A stretch of DNA of 63,816 bases, the filler included, from Octopus bimaculoides (Eukaryota), in NCBI RefSeq assembly GCF_001194135.2. It is 4 parts of 4 records of this genome, joined end to end, with 100 filler letters (N's around TTAATTAATTAA, not from the genome) between each part and the next. Parts side by side here need not be neighbours in the genome. Positions count along the whole stretch, not along the records: positions 34,418 to 62,641 come from NC_068996.1; 3 more parts are not named here. One strand, 5' to 3'. How positions within the stretch are numbered: the stretch's first letter is position 1; the number at the start of each line of letters is the position of its first letter. Shown here one piece after another: positions 37,710 through 50,690 of this stretch. A program made the translations under genes and the position numbers. The notes under the pieces were generated by a model. That model was not told the DNA's origin and made no database searches. It saw only the letters and a program-made list of their open reading frames with translations.

Positions 37710-38899
37710 GATCTAATTTTTCATTTGCAAAATATGCATTTTTTAAAAGACAGTAAAAATCTGAAAATCGGCTATAATAATAAAGTTTTCCAGTCTAATT
37801 GTTATGAAAGTATGATGTTGTGGNNNNNNNNNNNNNNNNNNNNNNNNNNNNNNNNNNNNNNNNNNNNNNNNNNNNNNNNNNNNNNNNNNNNNNNNNNNNN
37901 NNNNNNNNNNNNNNNNNNNNNNNNNNNNNNNNNNNNNNNNNNNNNNNNNNNNNNNNNNNNNNNNNNNNNNNNNNNNNNNNNNNNNNNNNNNNNNNNNNNN
38001 NNNNNNNNNNNNNNNNNNNNNNNNNNNNNNNNNNNNNNNNNNNNNNNNNNNNNNNNNNNNNNNNNNNNNNNNNNNNNNNNNNNNNNNNNNNNNNNNNNNN
38101 NNNNNNNNNNNNNNNNNNNNNNNNNNNNNNNNNNNNNNNNNNNNNNNNNNNNNNNNNNNNNNNNNNNNNNNNNNNNNNNNNNNNNNNNNNNNNNNNNNNN
38201 NNNNNNNNNNNNNNNNNNNNNNNNNNNNNNNNNNNNNNNNNNNNNNNNNNNNGATGAAGGGGACGTCTGTCTCCAAAACTTCAAAGTTGAGTAACGTTTT
38301 TATGCTTGAATTTGTAAACTACGATAAGAATAACACTGGTCAACAAAGAATTTGTCCCAAGAAGAAGAATAACTGTATCTTATATGTTTTTGCATGCAGA
38401 ATTCAAATATAATGTCGAATTATCTGTACTAAGTTCACATATTCAATTCACCTTCATAATGCCAAGAAACTGTGTAAACATCGCAAACAACTTTTGCTAT
38501 ATCTGAAAAGTATGTAAAATATTAAGACAACTCACGAAAAATATCTATACGTATTGACGAAAATATCAAATTCTAATTGATAAATACAAATTCTTATTAA
38601 AACAAAACACGCGGGTGAAGTAAATCTTGTGCTGAGAAGAATCCACACATGCGGGTGAAACGCAACACAACGTGCGGATGTCATGGCAACAAGCTGTTAA
38701 TGCCACGCTGTCTGTTGATTGGCTAAAATTACCCAAATTTCCTAACTTTAATTCCAAATAACATCAGATTCTGTAATTTACGAGATAAAGTAATTGGTTG
38801 ATCGTAATCAAAATTCAGAGTTGCATCGATACACCAAAATTGAAAGCAATCTGAGCAAAATTGAAGGGGGCTCATTTTGCGAATGAAAAAGATTAGATC
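37710..38899. mobile_element. unclassified TIR-bounded DNA element (contains a gap)
   Basis: gatctaatttttcatttgcaaaat (37710) vs attttgcgaatgaaaaagattagatc (38874-38899). It splits the LINE reading frame between KTSTKGK and KHNAPD. Confidence 0.6.
38334..38560 (+). mobile_element. 5' end of a second DNA transposon nested in the TIR element
   Basis: Terminus-like cactggtcaacaaa...gcatgcagaattcaaat, then ATG at 38459 giving MPRNCVNIANNFCYI*, recalled as an invertebrate transposase N-terminal cysteine motif. Family not assigned. Confidence 0.4.
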
Positions 38900-39175
38900 A
38901 AAACGCGCAAACATAACGCGCCGGATACTGTTGTTTGGGGCAAACAAGAGCAAGTATGTACTGCTGAAGTGATTATCTCTTCGAAAATCAAACAGAAACA
39001 AGATAAGTATGGACAACTGCTTCGCAGTTTCTATGACTAGACTATAATTCATTTTATCACCAATTGGTGTACTTGATTTTGTGACAATCTCGAAGAACTA
39101 GGGTTTTCAGAAAAAGAAATGAATCTGCTAACACGCATATTGTAAACGGAACAGTAAAAATATGCATGACAGACC
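38900..39175 (+). pseudogene. 3' end of the same RLE LINE (restriction-like endonuclease region)
   Basis: KHNAPDTVVWGKQEQVCT...KQDKYGQLLRS...LEELGFSEKEMNLL...GTVKIC. Confidence 0.7.
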
Positions 39176-39417
39176 AGCTTCTTCCTTGATGGGAAACTTC
39201 AAATAATTACAAATAGAACAAACATACATACGTAGATATGTACGTATGTACGTATGTATGTATGTATGTATGTATGTATGTATGTATGTATGTATGTATG
39301 TATGTATGTATGTACGTATGTATGTATGTATGTATGTATGTATCTATGTATCTATGTATGTATGTATGAACGTATGAATGTATGTATGAACGTATGCATA
39401 TATGCATTCATACAACC

Positions 39418-39582
39418 GGTGATGGTATGATTACGCTCCCGTAACCTAACGGTTCGGCACAAATGACCGGTAGAATAAGTATTAGACTTAAAAATAAGTT
39501 CTGGGGTCGATTTGTTCGACTAAAGCCCTTCAAGGAGATACCCCAGTATGGCCGCAGTCAAATGACTGAAACAAATGAAAAG
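39418..39582 (+). mobile_element. SINE family A 3' half
   Basis: Matches 1-140. Confidence 0.75.
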
Positions 39583-39620
39583 GAATACGTACATACACAC
39601 CTATCTATCTATCTATCTAC

Positions 39621-39671
<51 letters not shown>

Positions 39672-41699
39672 GTTTCCGATACACACACACACACATTCAT
39701 ATACAATACAGCCTACCATACATCTGTATATTAGTTTGTATATATGCAAATATAAACAAACACTGTTGTGCTCTGCTTTTGTTTCTTTCTTTAATTGTTT
39801 TTTTTTTCTTTGTATGAGTGTTTCAATTTATATTCTTTTCTTTGTCGATATTTCGACATCTATTTAACTTTGTATCAACATATAGGCTCTCCTCGAGGTT
39901 TGAAACCATCATCACTCTTTTGTCCCCCTTGCATCAAGCACCAACGATCAGTCGTCACTAATACCCATCCGTTCCCATTCCTTTCTCTCTTTCTTTCTTT
40001 CTTTCTTTCTTTTTTTTTTTCTCTCACACTACCACCAATACAACACCAACGCCGCCACCTCCACTGCCTTTGCCTCTGCAATCAAGAACCCCGTCTGTTC
40101 GCTACGGTCAGTCAATCTGCCGCATAAAACACAACAACAACAACAACAACATTAACATCGCTACCTAACAAGAACAAAACGACAAAAACAATACTCGTAC
40201 ACACAATAATTGACGATAAAAAAAGTAGAAGAAAAAGAATAGTAGAGAAATAATACAAGGAAGGAAGAAAGGAAGAGAAGGAGGAGGAGGAGGAGGCAGT
40301 GGAGTTGGAGGCGGTGGTGGAAGAACGAAATAAACAACCAAGCAAACAGAAAGGCAAGGAGTTGAGTTCAGAGTGTTTGTTTGTCGTTCATAAATCCAGT
40401 TGAGAATTAGACAGTCAGCTGGAAGGCTAATCGTTCGGTTGTATCTTTGTGACATGAGAAAAAAAGGAAGGAAAGATGAAAGAAAGACAGAATAGGTGAA
40501 TGAGAAAGAGAGTGAGAGAGAGAGAGAGAGAGAAGGAGACTGAGAATGCGTGTGCGTAATGAAAGTAGAAAGAGAGGAAAAAAAAGAGAAAAGATACAAT
40601 GAAAGAAAACGAAATGAAGAAGCAAGAATACAAAGAAGTGCAAAAAGAAATAAAGAATGATAAAACGAACGAACGTACGAACGAACGAACAGAAAAAGAA
40701 TGAAATAAGAAATAAGAAAATAAAAGAAGAAAAGAAACTACAAGAAAGAGTAAGAAAAAAGTATAGAAAACAAGAAGCGAAAGAGAATGGAATGGAAGTC
40801 ACAGAGATGTAAAGAAAAAAATAAAGAAAGAAGGAATGAATTTAGATGAAGACAATATGAAAGATAAATGAGAAAAAGGGAATGCTGAAAACCAGCCCCT
40901 CCTCCTCTTTCTCCTTACAAAAAATGAAGAGAGCTAAAGAAAGAAATGTTACGCGGTATGTTGGGCCCTGCTCCATATTGCTAAAACATCTTTGTCAACA
41001 CTTTTTACAATTCTGCTGGCAAACAATCTCCCANNNNNNNNNNNNNNNNNNNNNNNNNNNNNNNNNNNNNNNNNNNNNNNNNNNNNNNNNNNNNNNNNNN
41101 NNNNNNNNNNNNNNNNNNNNNNNNNNNNNNNNNNNNNNNNNNNNNNNNNNNNNNNNNNNNNNNNNNNNNNNNNNNNNNNNNNNNNNNNNNNNNNNNNNNN
41201 NNNNNNNNNNNNNNNNNNNNNNNNNNNNNNNNNNNNNNNNNNNNNNNNNNNNNNNNNNNNNNNNNNNNNNNNNNNNNNNNNNNNNNNNNNNNNNNNNNNN
41301 NNNNNNNNNNNNNNNNNNNNNNNNNNNNNNNNNNNNNNNNNNNNNNNNNNNNNNNNNNNNNNNNNNNNNNNNNNNNNNNNNNNNNNNNNNNNNNNNNNNN
41401 NNNNNNNNNNNNNNNNNNNNNNNNNNNNNNNNNNNNNNNNNNNNNNNNNNNNNNNNNNNNNNNNNNNNNNNNNNNNNNNNNNNNNNNNNNNNNNNNNNNN
41501 NNNNNNNNNNNNNNNNNNNNNNNNNNNNNNNNNNNNNNNNNNNNNNNNNNNNNNNNNNNNNNNNNNNNNNNNNNNNNNNNNNNNNNNNNNNNNNNNNNNN
41601 NNNNNNNNNNNNNNNNNNNNNNNNNNNNNNNNNNNNNNNNNNNNNNNNNNNNNNNNNNNNNNNNNNNNNNNNNNNNNTACCTACCTACCTACCTTACCT

Positions 41700-41952
41700 A
41701 CGTTCCTTTCTCGTCGACGCCTGTCTAGCAGTAATCTCTCCGGCGATCCTGCCCTACCCTTGTCACCCAGTATAAGCAGCTTCTATCTCTCAACCCGGGA
41801 GCGAATTCCCTGACCTCCATTCACGTTGCCTCTGGCGGGCAAAAGGAGGCCGACCCTCGCCTCTTTCCCTCAACTTCCCTTCTCGCGCTTGCTCCTCTGG
41901 TCAGTCCCTTGACCATTGACGTCATGACCCTCTTCTTCCGGCTCACCCCACA
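41700..41952 (-). repeat. probable 3' LTR of the Gypsy-like element
   Basis: On the minus strand a purine tract (agaggggcg) is followed directly by TG at 41952, just downstream of the pol stop. The distal end is lost in (TAGG)n and a gap. Confidence 0.45.
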
Positions 41953-41989
41953 CGCCCCTCTAATCTCAAGGATCACCTCCTCACTTCAT

Positions 41990-43540
41990 TCCATGTCAAA
42001 ATCTACCACCCACCCGGGTGGGCGTCTTGCACATTGTGATCCTCTTAAGCTGGGAACTCATTCTCTTCCTCTTCTTCACAATCATTATCCGACGAAGCGT
42101 CAGTCCAACGAACATCTAAGACATGACGCAACATTCCAGCCAAAGAAATGTTTTTGGAATTGACAGCCGTCACTATTCCTCTGTTCCGCTGAATTGTGCC
42201 TTTGGTAGCTTGACCCAGACTTCATCTCCCACCTCCACGAAGACGGGCCTTCTGTCTTCTACAGGGCATCTCGATGGTTTGCTCGGATGCTGCCATTCAT
42301 ATTTGAATATCACTCTATGTGGCACGAAATCTTCGGCCTGACCTGATCGGGGTGACATGTTGTACCAGAACACCGCTTCCAGCGGCGAGACATGTCCCGT
42401 TTCCGCCATGGCCTTGATCGTTCGATGATGTCTCTCCACAATCTCGTTTCCACTCGGCCTGTATGCTGCTGTGAAAAGGCAGTGCACTTTCTACCTGTCA
42501 AGCATCTCCTTCAGCACCTCCAAACGAAACGCTGTGCTGTTGTCCACAGGGCCCCACTCTAAAAATACCTCATTTAGAATATGTGCCATCTCGTCCTCTG
42601 TACCTGCCCTAAATTCCCTCCAAATGGCCATCCGGCCCACAGTCGAACATCGAGAGATACGTCCCCTGCTGGTAGTGTGTTACATCCACCGCTAGTCATC
42701 TCCAGTTGTGCTCTACTGAAATCTTTCCCTGCTCATGCATACCCGGTGCAGGATCGATGGATTGGTACCTATCGCAGTTCCTGACCACCTTTTGGATGCT
42801 CCGTCTGGTAACGTCGGTGTCAATCTTCGTGGCGAGATACAGGGTCCTATCCACACCCTTATGATGTATGGCATGCAGTCTCCCTAGCTCGGAGTCATTT
42901 AACCGACACACTGCAGGTACCCCTTGCTTCGATTCTTCCGGCTCCCTAACCAGGCCTTTTTTCACCCTGGCTAGAATGTCTGCCTTGTTTCTCTCTAAAG
43001 GCACAAAGACCACATTCAGCTTCAGGCCGAACTCGCCAATCAGCTCTCCTGGAACACCTCGGTGGCGCTTCACTAATATTTTTGCAGTCTCTTTGGTTCG
43101 CACCCTCTTCTCATCGTCGATCACCGATCCCACCCAGCCAAGCACAGTTGCCGAATTCGTCTGGATTCCGATGGAGCTCAGCCCCCATTTCAAGGCCAAA
43201 TTCACTTCCTTCAGCACTGCGTCCAACTCAGCGACATTGATGTGGTTGTAGTCGTCTGCCTTTCGAAGCCAGATCGCATCCTCTACTTCTGCACTTCCGA
43301 TTTCCAACACAACTCATGTCGCAATGCTGCTAGCATCACACCATACGGTCCCGTTATCCGATTTGGGCACATGCCAGTTCCCTCTGACTGGGTCTTTCGC
43401 CCATCCTCTCTAGGATTTCCCGCATCACCACCATCGTCCCCTCTCCCACCTTGTCACCTCAGTTCTCCTCTTCTGCTCGTCTCTTGGCGTAACTACATGC
43501 CGTACGCAGCCACTCTGTGATTGGGTAGTGACCTACTACA
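41990..43540 (-). pseudogene. Ty3/Gypsy-like LTR retrotransposon pol remnant (RNase H + integrase)
   Basis: RNase H motifs VWCDASS, HINVAELDAV, RNKADIL; integrase motifs LHAIHHKGVDRT, LAVDVTHY, DNSTAF, PSGNEIVERHHRTIK. RNase H precedes integrase; stops and frameshifts present. Confidence 0.9.
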
Positions 43541-43544
43541 TATT

Positions 43545-43659
43545 GTTGTGATGCATGTGCCTGGTGTACCATTATCAGACGGGTAGTCTTGATGGGTATA
43601 TTGAGCTTCGTATATTTTACCTCAGTGTGCCTTTGATGGCATGCATTGCTCTCTCACTC

Positions 43660-43660
<1 letters not shown>
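43545..43660 (+). repeat. unclassified (AAT)n-tailed interspersed repeat, 3' end
   Basis: Reverse-complement homologue of 52390-52520; ends in (AAT)n. Confidence 0.6.
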
Positions 43661-43709
<49 letters not shown>

Positions 43710-43724
43710 TGATGATGATAATTA

Positions 43725-43815
<91 letters not shown>

Positions 43816-43842
43816 CAGTAGTAGTAGGAATAGTAGTAGTAG

Positions 43843-43895
<53 letters not shown>
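43660..43895. repeat. compound (AAT)n-(TAT)n-(TAG)n microsatellite
   Basis: Directly visible. Confidence 0.95.
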
Positions 43896-43897
43896 AG

Positions 43898-44095
43898 TCA
43901 GCAACCTAGCAGAATCGTTGGCGCACCGTACAAAAAGCTTAGTGGCATTTTTCCGTCTTTATGTTCTTGGTTCAAATTCCACCGAAGTTGACTTTGCCTT
44001 TCATCCTTTCAGGGTCTATAAAATAAGTACCAGTCTAGTACTGGCGTTGATGTAATTGACTATCCCCCTCCCCCAAATTTCCTACAGTAGAATGG
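43898..44095 (+). mobile_element. SINE family C
   Basis: Head gcagaatcgtt, core gactttgcctttcatccttt, followed by (TTC)n. Confidence 0.8.
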
Positions 44096-44248
44096 ATTTC
44101 TTCTTCTTCTTCTTCTTCTTCTTCTTCTTCTTCTTCTTCTTCTTCTTCTTCTTCTTCTTCTTCTTCTTCTTCTTCTTCTTCTTCTNNNNNNNNNNNNNNN
44201 NNNNNNNNNNNNNNNNNNNNNNNNNNNNNNNNNNNNNNNNNNNNNNNN

Positions 44249-44303
<55 letters not shown>

Positions 44304-44894
44304 GCATCAGTATTGTTAGTCTTATAACTAAATTTCTTCCAATAGTTCACTGTGCTGGATAACGGACAATGTTTAATGCCCTACAACAGAAGAATGCGAT
44401 TGATTGCTGTCTGTATCTTAAGTCCATCTGTCACACACTCACCGTATACATACAGTCACACAAACGCACACACATTCATATATAGCCCACCTCACACACG
44501 CACAGAACCAAATTTAAATACACACACACACACACATAAATACTCGCTCTTTTTGTTCTCTCCCCACCCACTTTATCATGAATGTTTCTTTTTCTCTTTA
44601 TCCATTCCTTTTTTTTTCATTTTTTATCCACCATCTCTTCTTTGTCTCCCCGTCCTGGTTTCCATACTGATCTAGGAGATCCAGTTAATATCCGGTTGGA
44701 ATATTATGAGATATTACCTCAGCTCCCAGTATTACAGGATGTTTGTGCAAATACACACACGTACACACACATACACACATACGCACGCACACAAGCGTAC
44801 ACACACTTACACACACGCACGAAAGTACATATAAAATACATATAAAAAGAGGGGCTACCTCATTTTGTCCCTTTACAGGGACAAGCAATTCTTA

Positions 44895-45318
44895 AAGATG
44901 GCATGTAGTATAGAAGGCGATCCAGAAAATTAAGAGATGGAAAGTTGCAGGTCCATCTGGATATTCGCAGGGATGCTCAAAATATCCAGTGGGATAGTTT
45001 TCTGAAATGCCACCTAAATAGTTAATCAAGTTATACCAGAAGGAGTCACACCCAATAACAGGTGTAGCAATGTCATCGTGGACCTAGGAGATACCTTAGA
45101 GAGAAGCAGTTTTACAAGAATAAAATTATTGGATCAAGTTATGAAGGTCACTCAGTTATAGCACAAGTGATTTGTGAAAAGATGGACCTAAATGAGATGC
45201 AGTTTGGTTTTGTGCTGGAAGAGGAACTACAGATGCAATCTTCCTACAGAGGCAAATATTGAAAGAAATTCTTGGCGAAGAGTAAAACAATATACCGTGC
45301 TTAGCGATCTGAATAGAG
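44895..45318 (+). pseudogene. RTE-clade LINE reverse transcriptase fragment
   Basis: Frameshifted KVAGPSG, IKLLDQVMKV, DLNEMQFGFV, GRGTTDAIF and KFLAKSKT motifs (RT domains 0-2). Confidence 0.8.
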
Positions 45319-45867
45319 TATGTGTGTATATATANNNNNNNNNNNNNNNNNNNNNNNNNNNNNNNNNNNNNNNNNNNNNNNNNNNNNNNNNNNNNNNNNN
45401 NNNNNNNNNNNNNNNNNNNNNNNNNNNNNNNNNNNNNNNNNNNNNNNNNNNNNNNNNNNNNNNNNNNNNNNNNNNNNNNNNNNNNNNNNNNNNNNNNNNN
45501 NNNNNNNNNNNNNNNNNNNNNNNNNNNNNNNNNNNNNNNNNNNNNNNNNNNNNNNNNNNNNNNNNNNNNNNNNNNNNNNNNNNNNNNNNNNNNNNNNNNN
45601 NNNNNNNNNNNNNNNNNNNNNNNNNNNNNNNNNNNNNNNNNNNNNNNNNNNNNNNNNNNNNNNNNNNNNNNNNNNNNNNNNNNNNNNNNNNNNNNNNNNN
45701 NNNNNNNNNNNNNNNNNNNNNNNNNNNNNNNNNNNNNNNNNNNNNNNNNNNNNNNNNNNNNNNNNNNNNNNNNNNNNNNNNNNNNNNNNNNNNNNNNNNN
45801 NNNNNNNNNNNNNNNNNNNNNNNNNTATTATTATTATTATTATCATTATTACTATTACTATTACTGT

Positions 45868-45961
<94 letters not shown>

Positions 45962-45967
45962 ATTATT

Positions 45968-47389
45968 GAGCGATAGCTAGGAAAAAGTATGGTAATGTAG
46001 AGAACAGAATTGACAGCATATAGAAGAAGTTTAGGGACAATAGAAATCAGGAGAGGCATCTTCCAAGGGGAGTGCCTGTCCCCACTGATCTTTGTACTGT
46101 GTATGATACCACTAACACTGATTCTGAGAAAAGCAAAGGCTGGGTATGTATTCAAGAGCCGCCAACAAAAAGTCAACCATTTGTTATTCAGGGATGACCT
46201 GAAACTTTATAGTAAAGATGAATCTCAAGTCAGTTCCCTCGCTGATACTGTGTGTAATTTCAGTGCTGATATCAGAATGGAGTTCGGACTGAAAAAGTGT
46301 TGTGTGTTAGTCTTGAAGAGAAGCAAAATCAAATGTATGGAAGGGCTAGCGATACAATCGGGAGAGGTTATGAAGCAGATAGAAGAGACGGGTTATAAGT
46401 ATTTGGGGATTTTGGAGACGGATAAATTGATGGAGAAAGAAATGACAGAAAAATTTAAGGCGGTTTAATTGCGCAGACTGAAACTGATCCTTAAGTCGAA
46501 ATTAAACGGACGGAATAAAATTGAAGCTATTAACACCTGGGCGGTTTCACTACTGAGATATGGAGCAGGAGTAATCGTATGGATAGTAGACGAACTAAAC
46601 AGTTTAGACAGAAGACAAAGAAGTTGCTAACTAGATATGGATTACTCCACCCAAAAAGTGACACATACAAACTGAAGGTACCAAAAAAAAAAGGAGGGGG
46701 AAGAGGACTTATTGGATGCGAACACAGCATTAGAGCAGAAGAAAAAAACACAGCATGGTATGTAAAAATTGCCACAGAACCGCTATTATTGGAAGTAAAA
46801 ACGTCAGGCTTGTGTAAGATGGAAAATTGCAAAGATAAAACACTGAAAATGTACTTGAGAATGAATGAAACTGAAAATAGGTGGATAAAGAAAAGAATGC
46901 GTGGACAATTTCATAAGGATGTTGAAGATAAGACAGAGAAAAAATGGCGGTGGGTGACTAAAAGTGATTTAAAACCGGAAACAGAGACTCTAATCTTTGC
47001 TGCCCAAGAGCAAGCACTAAGAACCAATTACATCAAATACAGAATAGACAACACATCAGAAAGTGATAAGTGCAGAATTTGTGGATAATATGGTGAAACC
47101 GTATGGCATATTACCATTCAATATACGCCACTAACCCAGAAGGGATATAAGAGATGTCATGACAATATAGCCAGGCTTGTCCATTGGACATTTTGCATCA
47201 AGTATGTACTAGACAGGGAAAAAAGATGGTACAAACATAATCCCGAAGGAACCATCAAAAACAGCACTGGTTGGAACCGCTCGAATACTCCGGATGGTGC
47301 TCGAGAAATAAAGGATGTTACCTTAGTTCACTGGTAGTGAACAGCTGACACCGTAGTACATCTCCAGCCTTAGAATCTGTGCAAAGACA

Positions 47390-47390
<1 letters not shown>
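45968..47390 (+). pseudogene. R4/Dong-like RLE LINE, 5'-truncated and internally deleted
   Basis: IRRGIFQGECLSPLIF, HLLFRDDLKLY, EFGLKKC, YKYLGI, GGRGL, AAQEQALRTNY, CRICG, HDNIARLVHW; then jumps to ALVGTARILRMVLEK* and a (GAT/AAT)n tail. Confidence 0.93.
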
Positions 47391-47486
<96 letters not shown>

Positions 47487-47506
47487 TGATGATGATNNNN
47501 NNNNNN

Positions 47507-47593
<87 letters not shown>

Positions 47594-47594
<1 letters not shown>

Positions 47595-47780
47595 CCTTTC
47601 TATTATAAGCACAAGGCCTGAAATTTGGGGAGGAGGACAGTCGATATCATTAACCCCAGTACTCAACTGATATTTAATTTATCCACCCCGAAAGGAATTT
47701 GAACTCAGAACATAACGACGGGCGAAATACCGCAAAGCATTTCGTCCTGCGTACTAACGATTGTGCCAGTTCGTCGCGTT
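47594..47780 (-). mobile_element. SINE family C
   Basis: Reverse complement of the family C head and tail; internal deletion. Confidence 0.8.
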
Positions 47781-48274
47781 ATTATATAATAATAACAATA
47801 ACAATAACGCTTATTTAGTACTTTTAGAGAGAGATAAATCTATGATGGTTTTCTGAGAAAGCAGTGAGCTTATGAATGAAGAAATGAAAAGAAATATCGC
47901 TTATAAGTTTTCCTTCCAAAATAAATGTGGACGTATTTATCGCAAACTAGAAGCATCGGAAGTGGACAGCAGCAGTAAAGTGCGAGAAATCTAATGATTC
48001 AGTCAAGTGATAAGAGAAAAGAAGGCTTGAAAAATAAGCCCTCCTCACTAATTGTTGAATATGTGAAAAAGAGAAGAAAAAAAACCCTAATAGTAATGTT
48101 GTTTAATTACCCGAGAAGCAATTGTATAAGCAGAACGCCAAAAGTTTTCTTTTCTTTCCCCTCTTCCCCCAATTTAAAAGAAAGTAGTTCCCTTGAAGGG
48201 AAGAAATATACATATGCCACTGACTATACGCACATGTCTGAACTTTAAAAAGATTTGCCAAGCATTGACAATCA

Positions 48275-48330
<56 letters not shown>

Positions 48331-48346
48331 TATATGGAATAAATAT

Positions 48347-48592
48347 TATAAAGGATCGTGGGTAAGGCCAGAACAATGCGAAGTAAATGCAAGGCAAGTC
48401 TCAAGAAAACAAATATATGAATTTATGTAGACTTACCTTGCATTCAATATTTCGGGGGTTATGACCCCATTTTTAAGAAACTGACGACATATTGAATGCA
48501 ATGTAAGTCTACATTAATTCATATATTTGTTTTCTTGAGATTTGCCTTGCATTTGCTTCGCATTGTTCTGGCCTTACCCACGATCCTTTATA
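48347..48592. repeat. foldback element, about 104-bp arms, in (TA)n, with a hammerhead-like relic in the loop
   Basis: tataaaggatcgtgggtaaggccagaacaatgcgaag is mirrored at 48555-48592. Loop 48451-48488. Confidence 0.92.
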
Positions 48593-49397
48593 CTATATAT
48601 ATATATATAGTATTAAGAAATATCTGTGCGTTAGTGGATTATAGTGATAAACAAGTACCATTCTCTGAGTCTTCGTAATAAGCAGCTAGCAACAGGCTGA
48701 AGCGTGATAACAAAGTATTCACGTGAAATTGTAGGCTTTACATCAGAATGTCACTCTCCAACAAGGATACTGACAACATCTGGGGATCCCTCACTCATTG
48801 TCAAGACCGGTGCCAGGAAGTGCAGGGCTCAGCTAGAGAATTGTCAGTAGGGCCATCTACTCTAGAAAAAGCTGAAGATTGATGTTGTATGCTTTATGTA
48901 GTACGCCAGTCCCAGTCAAAATGTGTTGGGAGCTTCAGACACCACCATTAACCACAATTATGTACTAAGAATTGAAAGTTCATATTAAAGTTTTAATGTT
49001 TTATTACAAGCCGAGTGTGTGCGCTGAGCCCTCTCCTGGCGCGAGGCCCAATTTGATCAAATGTTCCTAATTGTCTTAAAACCGACCCTACTGACGAAGG
49101 ATATTTCAGATGAAACGCTGTGCACAATTTAAAGTAGATTTGTTGTTTCTTTCACATCTTACGCCTGAAAATATTTACATTTTTTTTTACACCGAAATGC
49201 GGAGTTTCAAAAAATTTGGCCAAAATCCGTCCAGAAGTGGGGGATTGTTTATCGTAAAAGATGCACCCCATCATTTCCAAGGTTTGGTTAAAACAAAATT
49301 AGAAAAAATCCCCGTTAAGAAAAAGAAAATCCAACTTATACGGGTGTTTTGATGCGAAACCCCACTTAGCTTTCTATTTGAATATTTTATAGCTATA

Positions 49398-49753
49398 AGG
49401 GTTCCAGTTGATCCGATCAACGGAACAGCCTGCTCGTGAAATTAACGTGCAAGTGACTGAGCACTCCACAGACACGTGTACCCTTAACGTAGTTCTCGAG
49501 GATATTCAGCATGACACAGTGTGTGACAAGGCTGACCCTTTGAAATACAGGCACAACAGAAACAGGAAGTAAGAGTGAGAGAAAGTTGTGGTGGAAGAGT
49601 ACAGCAGGGTTCGCCACCATCCCCTGCTGGAACCTCGTGGAAATTTAGGTGTTCTCGCTCAATAAACACTCACAACGCCTGGTCTGGGAATCGAAACCAC
49701 GATCCTATGACTGCAAGTCCGCTGCCCTAACCACTGGGCCATTGCGCCTCCAC
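49398..49753 (-). mobile_element. full-length SINE family B with 10-bp target site duplication
   Basis: tatagctata at 49388-49397 and 49754-49763; intact tRNA-like head. Confidence 0.95.
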
Positions 49754-50139
49754 TATAGCTATATGAGAGTATTCCTTTTTATCAGTTTAAAATGAAATAT
49801 ATTTCAAAGCAAAACACATTTTAATCAATTCTTTATATTTATGTGTGTAATCTAAATAATACTTTGATTTATGCTTTCAATTTTAAAATTTGGATGCATT
49901 TCAATAATTATCATTTACGTACACGTTACATTTATCATTTTTTAAAAGCTCCGTTTATAATAAAACTTCAATAATGAATAATTGCATCTATAAACAAATT
50001 TCCGTAACAATTTATAAAACATCAGACTACGTCTGTTTATACAGTTACTTGTGTATATGTTTGTAAATCCGTTGATCAGTTTTCCAAAGATCGGATACGA
50101 TGAATATCGAGAAAACGCATTGGTAAGTTTCAGATACCA

Positions 50140-50690
50140 AAAAATGATATGCTTACATGCCTCCATACCTCAACCTGTGTGGTAGATATTACTCACATCA
50201 TCAGCAGCTGTTCCAAATTGTCTACGAGATACTACGGCCCCCTAGGCCTGATATAATTGCAAAGGCTATTTACAATGCAATGTTAACCGCGGGAAGCACT
50301 GCCCTGACGTATACATCAAAGGTATGTCAGTAGGCATTCACACTTTTAAATACAAAGAATACCGGTGGAACACTCCAATAAAAACAAATTTTGTGTGAAC
50401 ATAACAAATCTGATATTGTTCTGTGGGACTAGGAACTAAAGTCATGTACTGTTGTAGAGGTCAGCTGTCCAGTGGATGTGAATGTACAATCAAATGTGTT
50501 GGAAAAAGAGAACATTTATGCGGAACTTACAACTCTTGTACCTTGACTATGCATTAAGTTATGTATCAGCAAATTAGCTCAAAAACCAACCTAGAAATAC
50601 TCGGCTTTACGGAAAAGAAGGAAAAGAAACTGACACAGATTCTCCAAATCAATTTATTAGTGGCACAGTGTAGATTTGCTAGACCATCTG
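50140..50690 (+). pseudogene. RLE-type LINE 3' fragment (zinc knuckle + endonuclease)
   Basis: DITHIISSCSKLSTRYY, NKSDIVLWD, TVVEVSCPVDVNV, TNLEILGFTEK. Confidence 0.75.

Noticed and set aside
49085-49125. Hammerhead at CUGACGA-AGGAUAUUUCAGAU-GAAACGC
   Set aside because: Both boxes are intact but stem II does not close next to GAAA, and stems I and III do not pair; at most a relic.
50198-50204. CUGAUGA on the minus strand
   Set aside because: Antisense of LINE coding sequence (HIISS) with no GAAA partner.
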